Below, in pieces: positions 37,509-47,089 of a stretch of DNA of 64,000 nt (the stretch's first letter is position 1; each line of letters starts with the position of its first letter). A program made the position numbers and the translations under genes. Under the pieces are notes generated by a model that saw nothing but the letters and a program-made list of their open reading frames with translations, ran no database searches and was not told the DNA's origin. The stretch is from Candidatus Bathyarchaeota archaeon (GTDB lineage: Archaea; Thermoproteota; CALKCG01; B24): the NCBI GenBank assembly GCA_018396755.1, contig JAGTQM010000008.1, forward strand, positions 6,595-70,594, read 5' to 3'.

Positions 37509-38327
37509 CTACATTCTTCTAGCTTTAATAAGGTAGGCTGATGCGAATAAAACTATAGATACTAGTGCTATTGCACCACTCGTGGGAACGTTAAAGTAGA
37601 ACGATAAGGCTACCCCTCCAAGTCCTGAAATTAACGCTATTAAGAAAGACGTTACAAACATTCTACCTATAGAATGCGTTAGAAATCTTGAAGTAGCAGC
37701 TGGAATTATTAAGAGTGTAACGGATAGTAGGACGCCGACAGTTTTAGCAACCACGGCAACCGTTACAGCAGAAATCGCAAAAAGCAGTGAGTCGTACAAT
37801 CCAACTTTAAGCCCAAGAGCTTCAGCAGTTTCCAAATCAAAGCAAATGTAGAGAAGTTCTCTGTAGAATAATGTCGTAACTACGATCGCCAAGGTTGAAG
37901 CGATCGCTAGGCTTAATAGGTCCGAGTTTGAGATGAGTAGGAGGTCGCTCACCAAATAACCGTCTACGATTACCCTCTTATCTATTGGAAGATAGCTCCT
38001 TATAACTGCATAGAGCATTACACTTACAGCTAGCGAAACGCTCAACATAACTCCTAAAGCCTGAGGGCCACCCTTCCCCATACGTGATACGAAAACTGAG
38101 GTTGCTATGCAGAACAGTATTACGAAGAGAAACGGGTCTACAAACCCGGGTAGAAACATTTGAATTAAAACACCTATTGCCGCACCGCCTAAAGCTGCAT
38201 GTGAAACCTCCGGCGTTATATACAGTGCTCCTCTCAGAAGCATTAGAGTTGAAACGACCGATGAGAAGGATGCGAATATTACTCCGAGTATTGCCTTCAG
38301 AATAAACGGGTCAAGCATGTCTATCAC
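37509..38327 (-). CDS. metal (Zn/Mn) ABC transporter permease, ABC-3 family
   Basis: It has about 8 TM segments and sits in an operon with the ATPase and a TroA/ZnuA-like binding protein. Confidence 0.85.
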   Translation of the reverse strand: MIDMLDPFILKAILGVIFASFSSVVSTLMLLRGALYITPEVSHAALGGAAIGVLIQMFLPGFVDPFLFVILFCIATSVFVSRMGKGGPQALGVMLSVSLAVSVMLYAVIRSYLPIDKRVIVDGYLVSDLLLISNSDLLSLAIASTLAIVVTTLFYRELLYICFDLETAEALGLKVGLYDSLLFAISAVTVAVVAKTVGVLLSVTLLIIPAATSRFLTHSIGRMFVTSFLIALISGLGGVALSFYFNVPTSGAIALVSIVLFASAYLIKARRM

Positions 38328-39102
38328 CTAAGATAAGCATGCGTCTACCCTCTCTTTCAACAGTTTTAACACATGGGTAGATGGTTTTCAGCATATCCTC
38401 ATTTAAAACGTCACTTGGCTCCCCGTAGACACATACTGTTCTATTTAAAACTAGAACCTTATCGGCTAGTTCCACTACCGGGTCGAATTCATGCTCTACG
38501 ACGACTATGGTTCTTCCATTCTCCTTAAGCATTCTGAAAACATCGAGTAGTTTCTCTTGACTTTCAACATCTAAACCTGCGAACACCTCGTCCAAAAGTA
38601 GAACCGTCGGGTTGGATGCCAATGCTCTAGCTATTAAAACCCTCCTCTGCTGTCCTCCACTGAGCTCATTGAATGGTGAATCCCAGTAATCCCTCATGCC
38701 GAGATATTCTAAAGCCTTTTTAGCTGATTCAACATCTTCTCTAGAGACAACTCTGGGAAAGCTTTTCCGTAACAGTATCCCCATTAAGACGGCTTCACTT
38801 ACCTTCAATGGGACTTCGTAGGATACTCTATCCTTCTGAGGGACGTAGCCGACAAGCATTCTAAGTTTTAAACCTTCTATGAAAGGGTTTAAACCGAGAA
38901 TCTTCACAGAGCCTTTAAACGGTTTAACCATTCCAAGTAGTAGTTTTATCAGCGTAGTTTTCCCAGCGCCGTTGGGACCAACAACCATTGTAAGCGACGG
39001 TTTTTCAACTTCAAAGCTCACATCATCTAGTACTATGTGTTCTCCCAACTTCACTGAAACATCTTTCACAGATATTATCGAGCCGCTCGTATTCTCACCC
39101 AT
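38311..39102 (-). CDS. metal ABC transporter ATP-binding protein
   Basis: Walker A is GPNGAGKTT, the signature is LSGGQQRRV, and Walker B is LLLDEVF. Confidence 0.9.
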   Translation of the reverse strand: MGENTSGSIISVKDVSVKLGEHIVLDDVSFEVEKPSLTMVVGPNGAGKTTLIKLLLGMVKPFKGSVKILGLNPFIEGLKLRMLVGYVPQKDRVSYEVPLKVSEAVLMGILLRKSFPRVVSREDVESAKKALEYLGMRDYWDSPFNELSGGQQRRVLIARALASNPTVLLLDEVFAGLDVESQEKLLDVFRMLKENGRTIVVVEHEFDPVVELADKVLVLNRTVCVYGEPSDVLNEDMLKTIYPCVKTVEREGRRMLILGDRHA

Positions 39103-40109
39103 CCTCTAACCAGTATAACTGTTTCAACAACTATTACAAGCAGTGCTAAGATAGTCGTTAAAAGATAGACGTTAAGTCCACTTGAGACGGATCTACGGCT
39201 GGAGAGGAGTGCACTGTAAACCTGTCCGGCGTTGTAGCACATAACATAGTCGTACCGGTCTAAGCCGTTGGATGAAATCGTGGAGACATATGCGATTGAA
39301 CAGCCAGTTTCCTCAGACATTTCTTTAAGTGCATTTTGAACACCGCTCATTAGAAGAGCTGTATCAGAAACTACTATACAAGTGTAGTCTCCAGATTTAA
39401 ACCCGCCGTAGATTCTAATTAAAGTTTCAGGACGTATCGTTTCTTCTTCACCTATTAGGACTGTGTCTACTTTCAAACCCATAGCTTCAGCAATATACTG
39501 CTCTGCATAAAAGCCTACTACGACTCTTCTTCCAAGGTAGCCGTACTTTTCCGAAAGTTTGATAAGGGTATCTTTAAGCTTTAAAATCTCTCTTTCAAAA
39601 AGCACGTAGTTTTCTGAAAATTTTTCAGAGTATTCAGGCTTAAGCGTTGAAAGTTTATCTTCCAATGCCTTAGCTATTGCTATTACGTTATCTGGTAGAA
39701 GCCAGAATCCGTGGACGTTCCTCTCACCTTCAACTTCAAGTATTCTAATACCGCTCAAGTTCAGCAAGTTCAAAGATATTAGACTGGGGTGGACACCCCT
39801 TTCTTCTGATACTTTTTCAACAAGCTCCTTCTCCCAATCTATATGCCCAGTTATAACGATTAAATCTGAGTTTAAAGCCTCCTGAATGATGCTAGGGGTT
39901 AAAGTGAAACTGTGAGGTTCAACATCTCCTGAAATAATAGGGTAAACTTCACCCATGTCTTCCAAGATCGGGGAGACTATGGTCTGAAGGATGTCGAGCG
40001 TGACGACTATCCTAATCTCCTCCTTCTGATGAGCTGAACATGTAGAGAAGCTTATTAAACTCAAAAGGAGACTGGTTGCAATTATGGTTGTTGTCTTCTT
40101 AAGCAACAC
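39075..40109 (-). CDS. metal ABC transporter substrate-binding protein (TroA/ZnuA cluster), C-terminally membrane anchored
   Basis: His-containing motifs are EPHSFTLTPS and NVHGFWLLPDN. It has an N-terminal signal-like segment and a C-terminal TM. Confidence 0.75.
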   Translation of the reverse strand: MLLKKTTTIIATSLLLSLISFSTCSAHQKEEIRIVVTLDILQTIVSPILEDMGEVYPIISGDVEPHSFTLTPSIIQEALNSDLIVITGHIDWEKELVEKVSEERGVHPSLISLNLLNLSGIRILEVEGERNVHGFWLLPDNVIAIAKALEDKLSTLKPEYSEKFSENYVLFEREILKLKDTLIKLSEKYGYLGRRVVVGFYAEQYIAEAMGLKVDTVLIGEEETIRPETLIRIYGGFKSGDYTCIVVSDTALLMSGVQNALKEMSEETGCSIAYVSTISSNGLDRYDYVMCYNAGQVYSALLSSRRSVSSGLNVYLLTTILALLVIVVETVILVRGWVRIRAAR

Positions 40110-40546
40110 CCCTCCCCCCTGGGAATACGTTCATTATGGGGGCATTTCTCAGGATGCCCCATGATACTACACATAGAATCGATAATCTCCTCTGGGAGAT
40201 GCAATTCAACTCTACGTGCGTAGTCGCATGCATCTTCTAGTCTTATTGAGAGAAACCTGTAAGCGTAGGTTTCGAAAACTCTATGATTTCTAATTACTCT
40301 ATCCACTTCCCTAATCCCCACTTCTGAGAGGCTTACCCCCTTCCAAGGGCTCCTCTCAAGCATACCCTTATCGTAAAGCTTCTTAAGAGCTTCACTGGCA
40401 GTTGCACATGAAACCCCCATAGCCTCAGCTACTTCAAGGCTTCCAACGGCCTCTCTTCCAGAAAGCAGTCTGAAAACGGTCTTAAGATATTCTACTTCCC
40501 TCTCAGTTAACGTTGTTGAAACGGTTTTCTCTCTAAATTTAGGCAC
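40082..40546 (-). CDS. DtxR/MntR-family metal-dependent transcriptional repressor
   Basis: The N-terminal wHTH is EYLKTVFRLL...VAEAMGVSCATASEALKKLYDKGMLER. The start is GTG and it is the first gene of the metal ABC operon. Confidence 0.85.
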   Translation of the reverse strand: MPKFREKTVSTTLTEREVEYLKTVFRLLSGREAVGSLEVAEAMGVSCATASEALKKLYDKGMLERSPWKGVSLSEVGIREVDRVIRNHRVFETYAYRFLSIRLEDACDYARRVELHLPEEIIDSMCSIMGHPEKCPHNERIPRGEGCCLRRQQP

Positions 40547-40550
40547 AATC

Positions 40551-40571
40551 TAATTTAGGCTAAACCTAAAT
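40551..40571. promoter_or_regulatory. DtxR-box-like palindromic operator AATTTAGG-CTAAA-CCTAAATT
   Basis: Its perfect 8-bp arms lie 5 nt upstream of the repressor's GTG. On the coding strand it reads TTTAGGTTTAGCCTAAATT, close to the classical TTAGGTTAGCCTAACCTAA box. It overlaps a TTTAAAT box. Confidence 0.55.
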
Positions 40572-41083
40572 TTAAACTTAGAGATTTCTCTTGCATGTAT
40601 GACGCCCTTGGCCTTGTGATACTTCATTCTAGGAGCATGAAGCACTGCACCTATAAAGCCTAAAGTGTGGAAACACTGTTTGAATCTTTTCCTGATCTTT
40701 CGGTAAATGTGTGAAGACTATGTCGTATGCCATTGAACGTTTCTCCTTCAAGGACTCCTTTGGAAAGTTTGTTGGGAAGGGTACGTCTGCGGCAATAGCA
40801 ATTACAGCTATGAAGAAAATTAACTAAAATTAACTTAAACTTCTTCAAAATCCTCTAAAATCTACTTCAAATAAGCCAGCTTAAAATTTTTCTCAGAATC
40901 TCACCGATGATATTGAATTATTGGAAACATGGTAAGATTAAATATTTACTTATCCGATAAACGCTCGCTAAGTACTTATTGTTGAAAGTTGTTCTCCCTC
41001 CATCTTAGATTGCTATTTAACTGTTTTTCATTAAGAGTTATAAGTTCACGTGCTGGAAATATTTTTAAAGGAGGCAAGTAAGT

Positions 41084-41827
41084 TTGCAGTGGTATTCTAA
41101 GGGAAGATCTCTCATAAATCCTAAACACTTTACGTTAAAGGAGCTGAGTCTTCTAAAGCTTGGAGTAATCGTTTTCATTAAACGAGTTTATGAATGGATG
41201 AGAACAGCCGCTGAAGATATTATTATCGAGAAAAATGAGGCTGTGCTTGCTACGCGAGGCTTTTTCACCGCCAAGGATGGTCTTGGCATTTTCTATTCGT
41301 ATTTTGGCGCTCCTGCCAGTGTTCTACTTGCCGAAGCATTGATAATCAGCGGAGTTAAAAGGCTTGTCATATTTGGCGAGGCTGGAGCTATACATCCAAA
41401 GATGAAAATTGGAGATATACTTGTCCCAACATTTGCGATAAGAGAGGAAGGCACCAGTTATCACTATCTACCTTATGGTGTATCGGCTAAACCTTCACAG
41501 AAACTCCTCAAGAAGTTGAAGCATCTACTCGATGAAACAGGTTTTACGTACGAGGAAGGTGGTGTTTGGACTACTGATGCCCCACTGAGAGAGACGCGTC
41601 AGAAAGTCTTAACGTATGGAGGTCTTAGAGTACTTGCGGTTGACATGGAGTGTTCGGCATTATTTGCCGTTTCAAAGTATAGGCGGGTGGAGTGCGCAAC
41701 TATGCTTACGATAAGCGATGAATTGTATGGGCGGGTGTGGAAACAAGACTTCGATAGTGAAGAGCTTATAGATGTGGAGAAGAAATTGGCAGATGCTTTA
41801 ATGGAAAACTGGCGTGGGTTACTTTAA
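41084..41827 (+). CDS. nucleoside phosphorylase (PNP/UDP-1 family)
   Basis: It has the motifs GEAGAI, REEGTSYHY and AVDMECSALF. The TTG start follows a GGAGG. Confidence 0.7.
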   Translation: MQWYSKGRSLINPKHFTLKELSLLKLGVIVFIKRVYEWMRTAAEDIIIEKNEAVLATRGFFTAKDGLGIFYSYFGAPASVLLAEALIISGVKRLVIFGEAGAIHPKMKIGDILVPTFAIREEGTSYHYLPYGVSAKPSQKLLKKLKHLLDETGFTYEEGGVWTTDAPLRETRQKVLTYGGLRVLAVDMECSALFAVSKYRRVECATMLTISDELYGRVWKQDFDSEELIDVEKKLADALMENWRGLL

Positions 41828-41830
41828 AAT

Positions 41831-42646
41831 GTGCCTCAACCATTATTAGAGTGTGTAAGAATGAAGGTTTACAACAACCCCCTTTATTATGAAGTGGCCT
41901 TCAGCTTCTTCAACCCGAAGAAACAGGTTGATCATTTTGAAGACATCATCAGAAGATTCAGTAGGATAAAAGTTGAAAGATTTCTGGATATTGCCTGCGG
42001 GCCTAGTTTACAGTTAAGGGAGATAGCTCGGAGAGGTTATAATGCTGTGGGTCTTGATAAAAGCAGGAAGATGCTTCAATACCTTCAGAGTAAGGCTAAA
42101 GAAGAGGGTTTAAGGATTGAAATTGTTCAAGCAGATATGACCAGGTTCGGATTGAAGAAGAAAGCCGACTTCGCCTTTATAATGATGGGTTCTTTCAGCT
42201 TCAAATCCAACGAAGACTTGTTGAAGCATTTGAATTCTGTCGCAAATTCGTTGAATAGTGGAGGCTTATACTTCATACAGAATTTTGGGGTGAACTGGAA
42301 GGTGGATTGGACGAAAGTTCAAAGGCAAACCTGGGAGATGGAGAAAAATGGTGTAAAAGTCGAAGCAACCTATGAAATAGCCGTGAAAAACGTAGTCAAC
42401 CAGACAATCGTAGAGAGAATAATACTCGAAGTCGACGATAGATGTAAGAAGAGAACATTAACTCAAGAAGAAGAGCTTAAACTAGTCTTCCCACAGGAGT
42501 TTAAGCTACTCGTCAAGATGAATAAAAGGTTTGAATTCCTCGGATGGTGGAAAGGCAACGTAGATGAGTGGTATTTAGATCAACCGCTGGAAACAGTTTA
42601 TGACGAAAACCTCAACATAAACATGGTGCTATTGAGGAGAAAGTGA
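41831..42646 (+). CDS. class I SAM-dependent methyltransferase
   Basis: Motif I is FLDIACGPS, followed by an acidic loop (GLDKS) and a VQADM motif. Confidence 0.75.
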   Translation: MPQPLLECVRMKVYNNPLYYEVAFSFFNPKKQVDHFEDIIRRFSRIKVERFLDIACGPSLQLREIARRGYNAVGLDKSRKMLQYLQSKAKEEGLRIEIVQADMTRFGLKKKADFAFIMMGSFSFKSNEDLLKHLNSVANSLNSGGLYFIQNFGVNWKVDWTKVQRQTWEMEKNGVKVEATYEIAVKNVVNQTIVERIILEVDDRCKKRTLTQEEELKLVFPQEFKLLVKMNKRFEFLGWWKGNVDEWYLDQPLETVYDENLNINMVLLRRK

Positions 42647-43074
42647 AGCACAGTTTAACTGTTCTTCTCTGAAATGCAAATCAGAAGAGGAGTTGCATCC
42701 ATCTTGTCATAAGCGTTGATAGTAGGGTTCTGGAGAAATTACTTTGAGCTAAACTATAAGTGTAGCGTACAGTTTATACACTTAAAAAGCGTACTTCTAG
42801 CCATGTCTTAAGGTTTAATCTATATTAGATTCCCAGATGAATGGGAATGTAACCAAATATACTGCGGTATAATCGAAAGAGGATTCTTAACGGTATAGAC
42901 TGGGAAATACGCGACTTTATAGTAGCATTTACATCTTCCCTCAATATTATCGCCATATTTGACCTTGTAAACAGTTGAAATGCAAACAACTTACCAATGA
43001 GTAGGCTGATACGGAGCTCGGCTTAAAGCATCAATATCCCAAAAATGGTAGTATCATATGTTAACTTTTAAGGT

Positions 43075-43491
43075 TTAGGGTCTTTTCATCGCCGCCTTAG
43101 CTAGTGTTTCTCCAAGTTTTCTACAAGCCTCTAAGTCTCTTGCTGTTGGGATTCCACTTAAAGCCACTCCATCGCAGACTTTCACCATTCTAAAGGCGTC
43201 AAACATTCTCTCTATGCTTAAAAGGGCTGAATTGCTAGGTCCACCTCCAGATGTAAACGCCACTGCTGGCTTACCATAGATTTTATCTCTAACATTCCAC
43301 GCTCTATCGAAGAAATCCTTCATTAAACCACTCATATAGCCAAAGTAGTTTGAAGAACCGAATGCTACAGCGTCGCAAGAAATGAAATCTTCAATTTTAG
43401 CATTTTCAACGCGCATTATCTTAGCCGTTACCCCTTCAACGCGTTTAACTCCGATATTTGAACTTTTCTTCATGCCATAAATAGACTGCAA
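43075..43491 (-). CDS. flavodoxin-like fold protein, apparently lacking the N-terminal FMN-phosphate loop
   Basis: CDAVAFGSSNYFGYMSGLMKDFFDR is typical of the flavodoxin/WrbA fold. An in-frame TGA lies just upstream, and no SxxGNT-type loop is encoded. Confidence 0.5.
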   Translation of the reverse strand: MQSIYGMKKSSNIGVKRVEGVTAKIMRVENAKIEDFISCDAVAFGSSNYFGYMSGLMKDFFDRAWNVRDKIYGKPAVAFTSGGGPSNSALLSIERMFDAFRMVKVCDGVALSGIPTARDLEACRKLGETLAKAAMKRP

Positions 43492-43674
43492 GTAGCTTAA
43501 CTTTTGGAATAGTCAAGAATTTGAACGCAGAAGCGTATTCCAAGTGCGGGGGCTATGTTTAAACAGCAGTTTAAAATATCGGTGCAAAGATTCGATCCTC
43601 AGTGCTTTTTAGAAAAAGACCTCAAAATGGTCTTTAAATCGATTTTGAGTTCATGGTCTAGCATGTTAGTATTT

Positions 43675-44328
43675 TCAACCTCCTTTGTATTCTGGAATGA
43701 TGTTCTTGATGATTCTCTCTTCTTTTTCAAGTTCATGCCTTAATTCCTGCCAGAATCTTCGTGCTTCTTTTAGACCTTCCATACCGATAATCTTTCCTGT
43801 TTTCGTATAGAAATCTCGTCGCGAACCTTTCTTGCCGCTTGGAATTTCCATCATGTCTTTTACGCCCATCTTTTCTTCTCTCATGAAGTAGTCAAATACT
43901 CTTGCCACTCCAATATAGCCTACTGAACACGATAGAACATCCACGTCGTAAACCACTTTTGCCTCGAGGGTTTTTGGTTCCTCTGTACCTCTAGGTCCGT
44001 GGGCTCTAATGCAGTGGGCTATCTCGCTGACCTCTTCACTCCGGAAGCCAGCTTTTTTCAGATATTCTGGAGCCTTTATTGCTCCAGCTTCATGATGATC
44101 GCTTCCCAATTCTGGATATAATCTGCCAATGTCATGAAGCAACACGCTGGCTAAAACAATCTTCATGTTGGCTTTCTCAGACTCGCCTATAATGACCACT
44201 CTTCCAAGATCTCGAAGTATATGATGCCAATTATGATGAACCAGTCCCTTTTTCAAGAAATCTTGTTTGACCAACTTATACAAAGCTTTCAAGTCGCTGA
44301 ATTGCGAGAGATAATAATCAAGTTTCAT
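43675..44328 (-). CDS. HD-domain metal-dependent phosphohydrolase
   Basis: It has the H...HD motifs (HHNWHHILRD and LLHDIGR). Confidence 0.8.
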   Translation of the reverse strand: MKLDYYLSQFSDLKALYKLVKQDFLKKGLVHHNWHHILRDLGRVVIIGESEKANMKIVLASVLLHDIGRLYPELGSDHHEAGAIKAPEYLKKAGFRSEEVSEIAHCIRAHGPRGTEEPKTLEAKVVYDVDVLSCSVGYIGVARVFDYFMREEKMGVKDMMEIPSGKKGSRRDFYTKTGKIIGMEGLKEARRFWQELRHELEKEERIIKNIIPEYKGG

Positions 44329-44560
44329 TTTCTCGCCAATTTTCCCTATTACTTTTTTACGCTAAAAGATTTTGCAAAATACTCAAGTGGAGTTAGGTCA
44401 CTTGATGTTATGACACCAGATGCATCAGAGTCTCAAACAAAAACCGAGAATTTAAACCTTCTTCCAAAATCAAAGCCGTGCTAAAAATTGTAAGGGAATG
44501 ATTTGCGACTATTTAGCGGAAATCACTAAAAAATATGACGATTTGGTTAATTCTAAGTAG

Positions 44561-44666
44561 TGCGGGGGGTGGGATTTGAACCCACGAAGGGCTACCCCAC
44601 AGCGGCTCTGAGGATGCTGTTTTCCCCCTCAGCGCTGCGCCTTAGACCAGGCTTGGCTACCCCCGC
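44561..44666 (-). tRNA. tRNA-Leu(GAG) with a 21-nt intron at the canonical 37/38 position
   Basis: The reverse complement folds as GCGGGGG/TA/GCC-..-GGC/G/CAGCG-CTGAGG[GGGAAAACAGCATCCTCAGAG]C-CGCTG/long variable arm/GTGGG-TTCAAAT-CCCAC/CCCCCGC/A. The intron (44606-44626) carries CCTCAG, which is complementary to the anticodon loop. Confidence 0.85.
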
Positions 44667-44760
44667 TCCATTAACTATAAGTATCCCCCCTCTTTTTAAA
44701 TTTAGCTCCTTTAATCTCCTCAAAAGATATATCTGTGAGTTTGATTTTTAAAGGGCTTGT

Positions 44761-45330
44761 ATGGAGTTTGATTTAACCCCTCTTCTAACGTCTTTCACAC
44801 TGGTTTTCCTAACTGAGCTTGGAGATAAAACTCAGATATGTACAATTGTGCTGTCTTCAAGGTCTTCGGCTGTCTCAGTTTTCTCTGGCGCCATGGTTGC
44901 CTTCTTCATAGTTGACGGTTTAAGTGCATTACTAGGCGGTGAATTGCTCAGGCTCCTACCGAGGAATATAATCGGTTTAGCCACTGGTTTAATCTTCATA
45001 CTGTTCGGTTTAATCCCCCTCCTCCGTAAAGAGGAGGAGACTGCTTTCAATAAAACTGAGACGTCATTCTTCAAAACATTTTCCCTAGTTTCGCTTATGG
45101 AGCTTGGAGATAAAACCCAAATGGCTTCAATACTCTTAGCAGCTCAATTTAGAAATCCACTTATGGTTTTAATAGGTGTTATGCTAGCTTTCAGTCTAAT
45201 AACTGGTATAGGTGTCTTATTAGGCAGTAAAATTTTGAAATTCGTAGGAGACAAGTATTTGAAGATCGCAACGTCAACGATTTTCATAGTGTTCGGATTC
45301 ATCTTAATCTTTGACGCACTATCAGCGTGA
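44761..45330 (+). CDS. UPF0016 (GDT1/TMEM165) family cation transporter
   Basis: The ELGDKTQ signature occurs in both halves of a 6-TM protein. Confidence 0.85.
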   Translation: MEFDLTPLLTSFTLVFLTELGDKTQICTIVLSSRSSAVSVFSGAMVAFFIVDGLSALLGGELLRLLPRNIIGLATGLIFILFGLIPLLRKEEETAFNKTETSFFKTFSLVSLMELGDKTQMASILLAAQFRNPLMVLIGVMLAFSLITGIGVLLGSKILKFVGDKYLKIATSTIFIVFGFILIFDALSA

Positions 45331-45365
45331 ATTGAAATAGAATCTTTAAACGTTATATTGAAGCT

Positions 45366-46499
45366 ATGTTTCATTCAATCATAATGATGGTTCGAAGTGA
45401 GAGGGTTAAATTCCGTCATTCTCTTATAGACTCCAAGACGGTTGGGGCAGGTAACTCTTTATGCTTGGTAGGAGATATCAACGGTGACAGTTTCATAGAT
45501 GTCGTAATAGGCAATTTTGCCGAATCTCCATCTGAGGAAGGCTACTTAGTCTGGTATGAGTATCCGAAGTGGAAGAGACATGTAGTAGCTAGGGCGAATT
45601 TAGAAGCTGGTGGAGTATTGGTTGACGTTAACCGTGACGGGCGTTTAGACGTTGTAGCCGGGCAGCCGTATTATGGGCGTGAATTGTACTGGTTTGAGAA
45701 TCCTCCAAACCCTGCGGATAATTGGGTTAGACACATAATAGATGATAGTTTTCAGAAGTACCATGATCAAGCAGTCGGAGATGTGGATAATGATGGAGAA
45801 GATGAAATATTGGTCGCCTCGCAGATTGGTAGGGTTTTAGTCTACTACGATATCCCTCCGGATCCAACTGTTTCACCTTGGCCGAGGGAATATAGGCATC
45901 TAATATACAGCGATATCTGCGTTGAAGGTCTTGCAATAGCTGATCTAGACAATGATGGTTTGAATGAAGTTGTCGCTGGACCAAACATATTTAAACCTCA
46001 ACCTAGCTTAAAAGGTAAGTGGTCTAGGAAAATACTTAGAGAATTCCACGCTAGAACATACAGCGGAATAGTATTCTCCGAGACCAGGGTTCAAATTGCC
46101 GACGTAAATGAAGACGGTATCCTAGACATTGTTATGAGCGAAGCTGAAAGCGACATTGGTAGACTGGCTTGGTTTGAAGGACCAAACTACGAGATACATA
46201 TTTTAAATGAAAACCTCTTCCACCCCCACAGCTTAGCCATAGCAGACTTCGATGGAGACGGGCATTTAGACGTATTCGTAGGAGAAATGCACCTTGGAAG
46301 AAACCCGAATCCAAAGCTTCTAATATATTTAAACGACGGTGGAGGCTTCTTCAGAGAATACGTCATAATAGACGAAGACACAGGTACACATGAAGCTAAG
46401 GTAGCAGACATAGGGAATACTAGTAAGCCATCTATCGTAGGTAAACCCTTCAAACCTAAAACTCAAGTAGACCTATGGGAAAATATCACAGGACTATAG
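45366..46499 (+). CDS. FG-GAP/VCBS repeat beta-propeller protein
   Basis: Ca-binding-type loops recur (GDINGDSFID, VNRDGRLD, GDVDNDGEDE, ADLDNDGLNE, ADVNEDGILD, ADFDGDGHLD). Confidence 0.7.
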   Translation: MFHSIIMMVRSERVKFRHSLIDSKTVGAGNSLCLVGDINGDSFIDVVIGNFAESPSEEGYLVWYEYPKWKRHVVARANLEAGGVLVDVNRDGRLDVVAGQPYYGRELYWFENPPNPADNWVRHIIDDSFQKYHDQAVGDVDNDGEDEILVASQIGRVLVYYDIPPDPTVSPWPREYRHLIYSDICVEGLAIADLDNDGLNEVVAGPNIFKPQPSLKGKWSRKILREFHARTYSGIVFSETRVQIADVNEDGILDIVMSEAESDIGRLAWFEGPNYEIHILNENLFHPHSLAIADFDGDGHLDVFVGEMHLGRNPNPKLLIYLNDGGGFFREYVIIDEDTGTHEAKVADIGNTSKPSIVGKPFKPKTQVDLWENITGL

Positions 46500-46510
46500 G
46501 CTTGCTGAGG

Positions 46511-46921
46511 CTACTGTTCAGGCTCCACTATGACAGCTGTTCCAGTAGCCGATATCAACACTATACCTACTTCTAAGCCCAAATCCGAGGTTTCTACGTC
46601 TATGCCTACGATGGCGTTTGCTCCAAGGGCTAAAGCCTTAGCCTTCATCCTCTCTATCGCTTCGCTTCTAGCCTTCTCCATTTCACTTGTAAAGGCTTTA
46701 ACTTCCCCACCTATCATAGCTTCAAGTCCAGCTATAAATCTTCCAAGAACACCCCTAGTCCTAGGGGATAATCCTGTAACTATGCCGAGAACCTTTTTAA
46801 CCCTATAGCCTGGCACGGTATGCGTCGTAGACATTATAAACGTAGATTCTAAAGATGCTCCACACTTAGGGCAGAATTTAACGTTTCCACTGGTTTCAAA
46901 CCCACAAACAGGACACTTCAT
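46511..46921 (-). CDS. YbjQ/UPF0145 domain protein with an N-terminal zinc ribbon
   Basis: The zinc ribbon is CPVCG...CPKCG. It is followed by the YbjQ pattern (AIERMKAKALALGANAIVGIDVE). Confidence 0.75.
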   Translation of the reverse strand: MKCPVCGFETSGNVKFCPKCGASLESTFIMSTTHTVPGYRVKKVLGIVTGLSPRTRGVLGRFIAGLEAMIGGEVKAFTSEMEKARSEAIERMKAKALALGANAIVGIDVETSDLGLEVGIVLISATGTAVIVEPEQ

Positions 46922-47089
46922 AAAAACACCCTATAATTCTTCTAGGGGACCCTCTTATAATTTATTACTCTTATGATTTAATGGGGGGTTGATGAAGACC
47001 ATCTGGAGACCTATTAGAACGGCGACAACTAACTGAACTTCCTCCGATAAAGCTGTAACCTCCATTTTGAAGCATTAACTTATAAGTTC

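Noticed and set aside
40575-40850. Short broken ORFs (for example MSYAIERFSFKDSFGKFVGKGTSAAIAITAMKKIN) that vaguely recall a degraded TnpB/IS605 C-terminus, and the 62-aa minus-strand ORF 40660..40848
   Set aside because: The similarity is too weak to defend by eye. I saw no zinc-finger CxxC pairs in a consistent frame and no terminal hairpins. I treat the region as non-coding of unknown origin.
42671-42990. Repeated 11-mer TGAAATGCAAA in the 430-bp gene-free region 42647-43074
   Set aside because: A single shared 11-mer is expected by chance many times in 64 kb of AT-rich DNA. I saw no extended repeat or structure around it.
44480-44560. Possible C/D-box sRNA (AATGATT ... CTAA ... ATGACGA ... 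CTAA) next to tRNA-Leu, and a TGATGA/CTGA pair at 21488-21512
   Set aside because: The boxes deviate from RUGAUGA/CUGA, the spacing is not canonical, and no terminal stem is present.
44560-44751. 63-aa ORF on the plus strand
   Set aside because: It overlaps the minus-strand intron-containing tRNA-Leu. The Gly/Pro/Ala-rich translation is the by-product of GC-rich tRNA stems.
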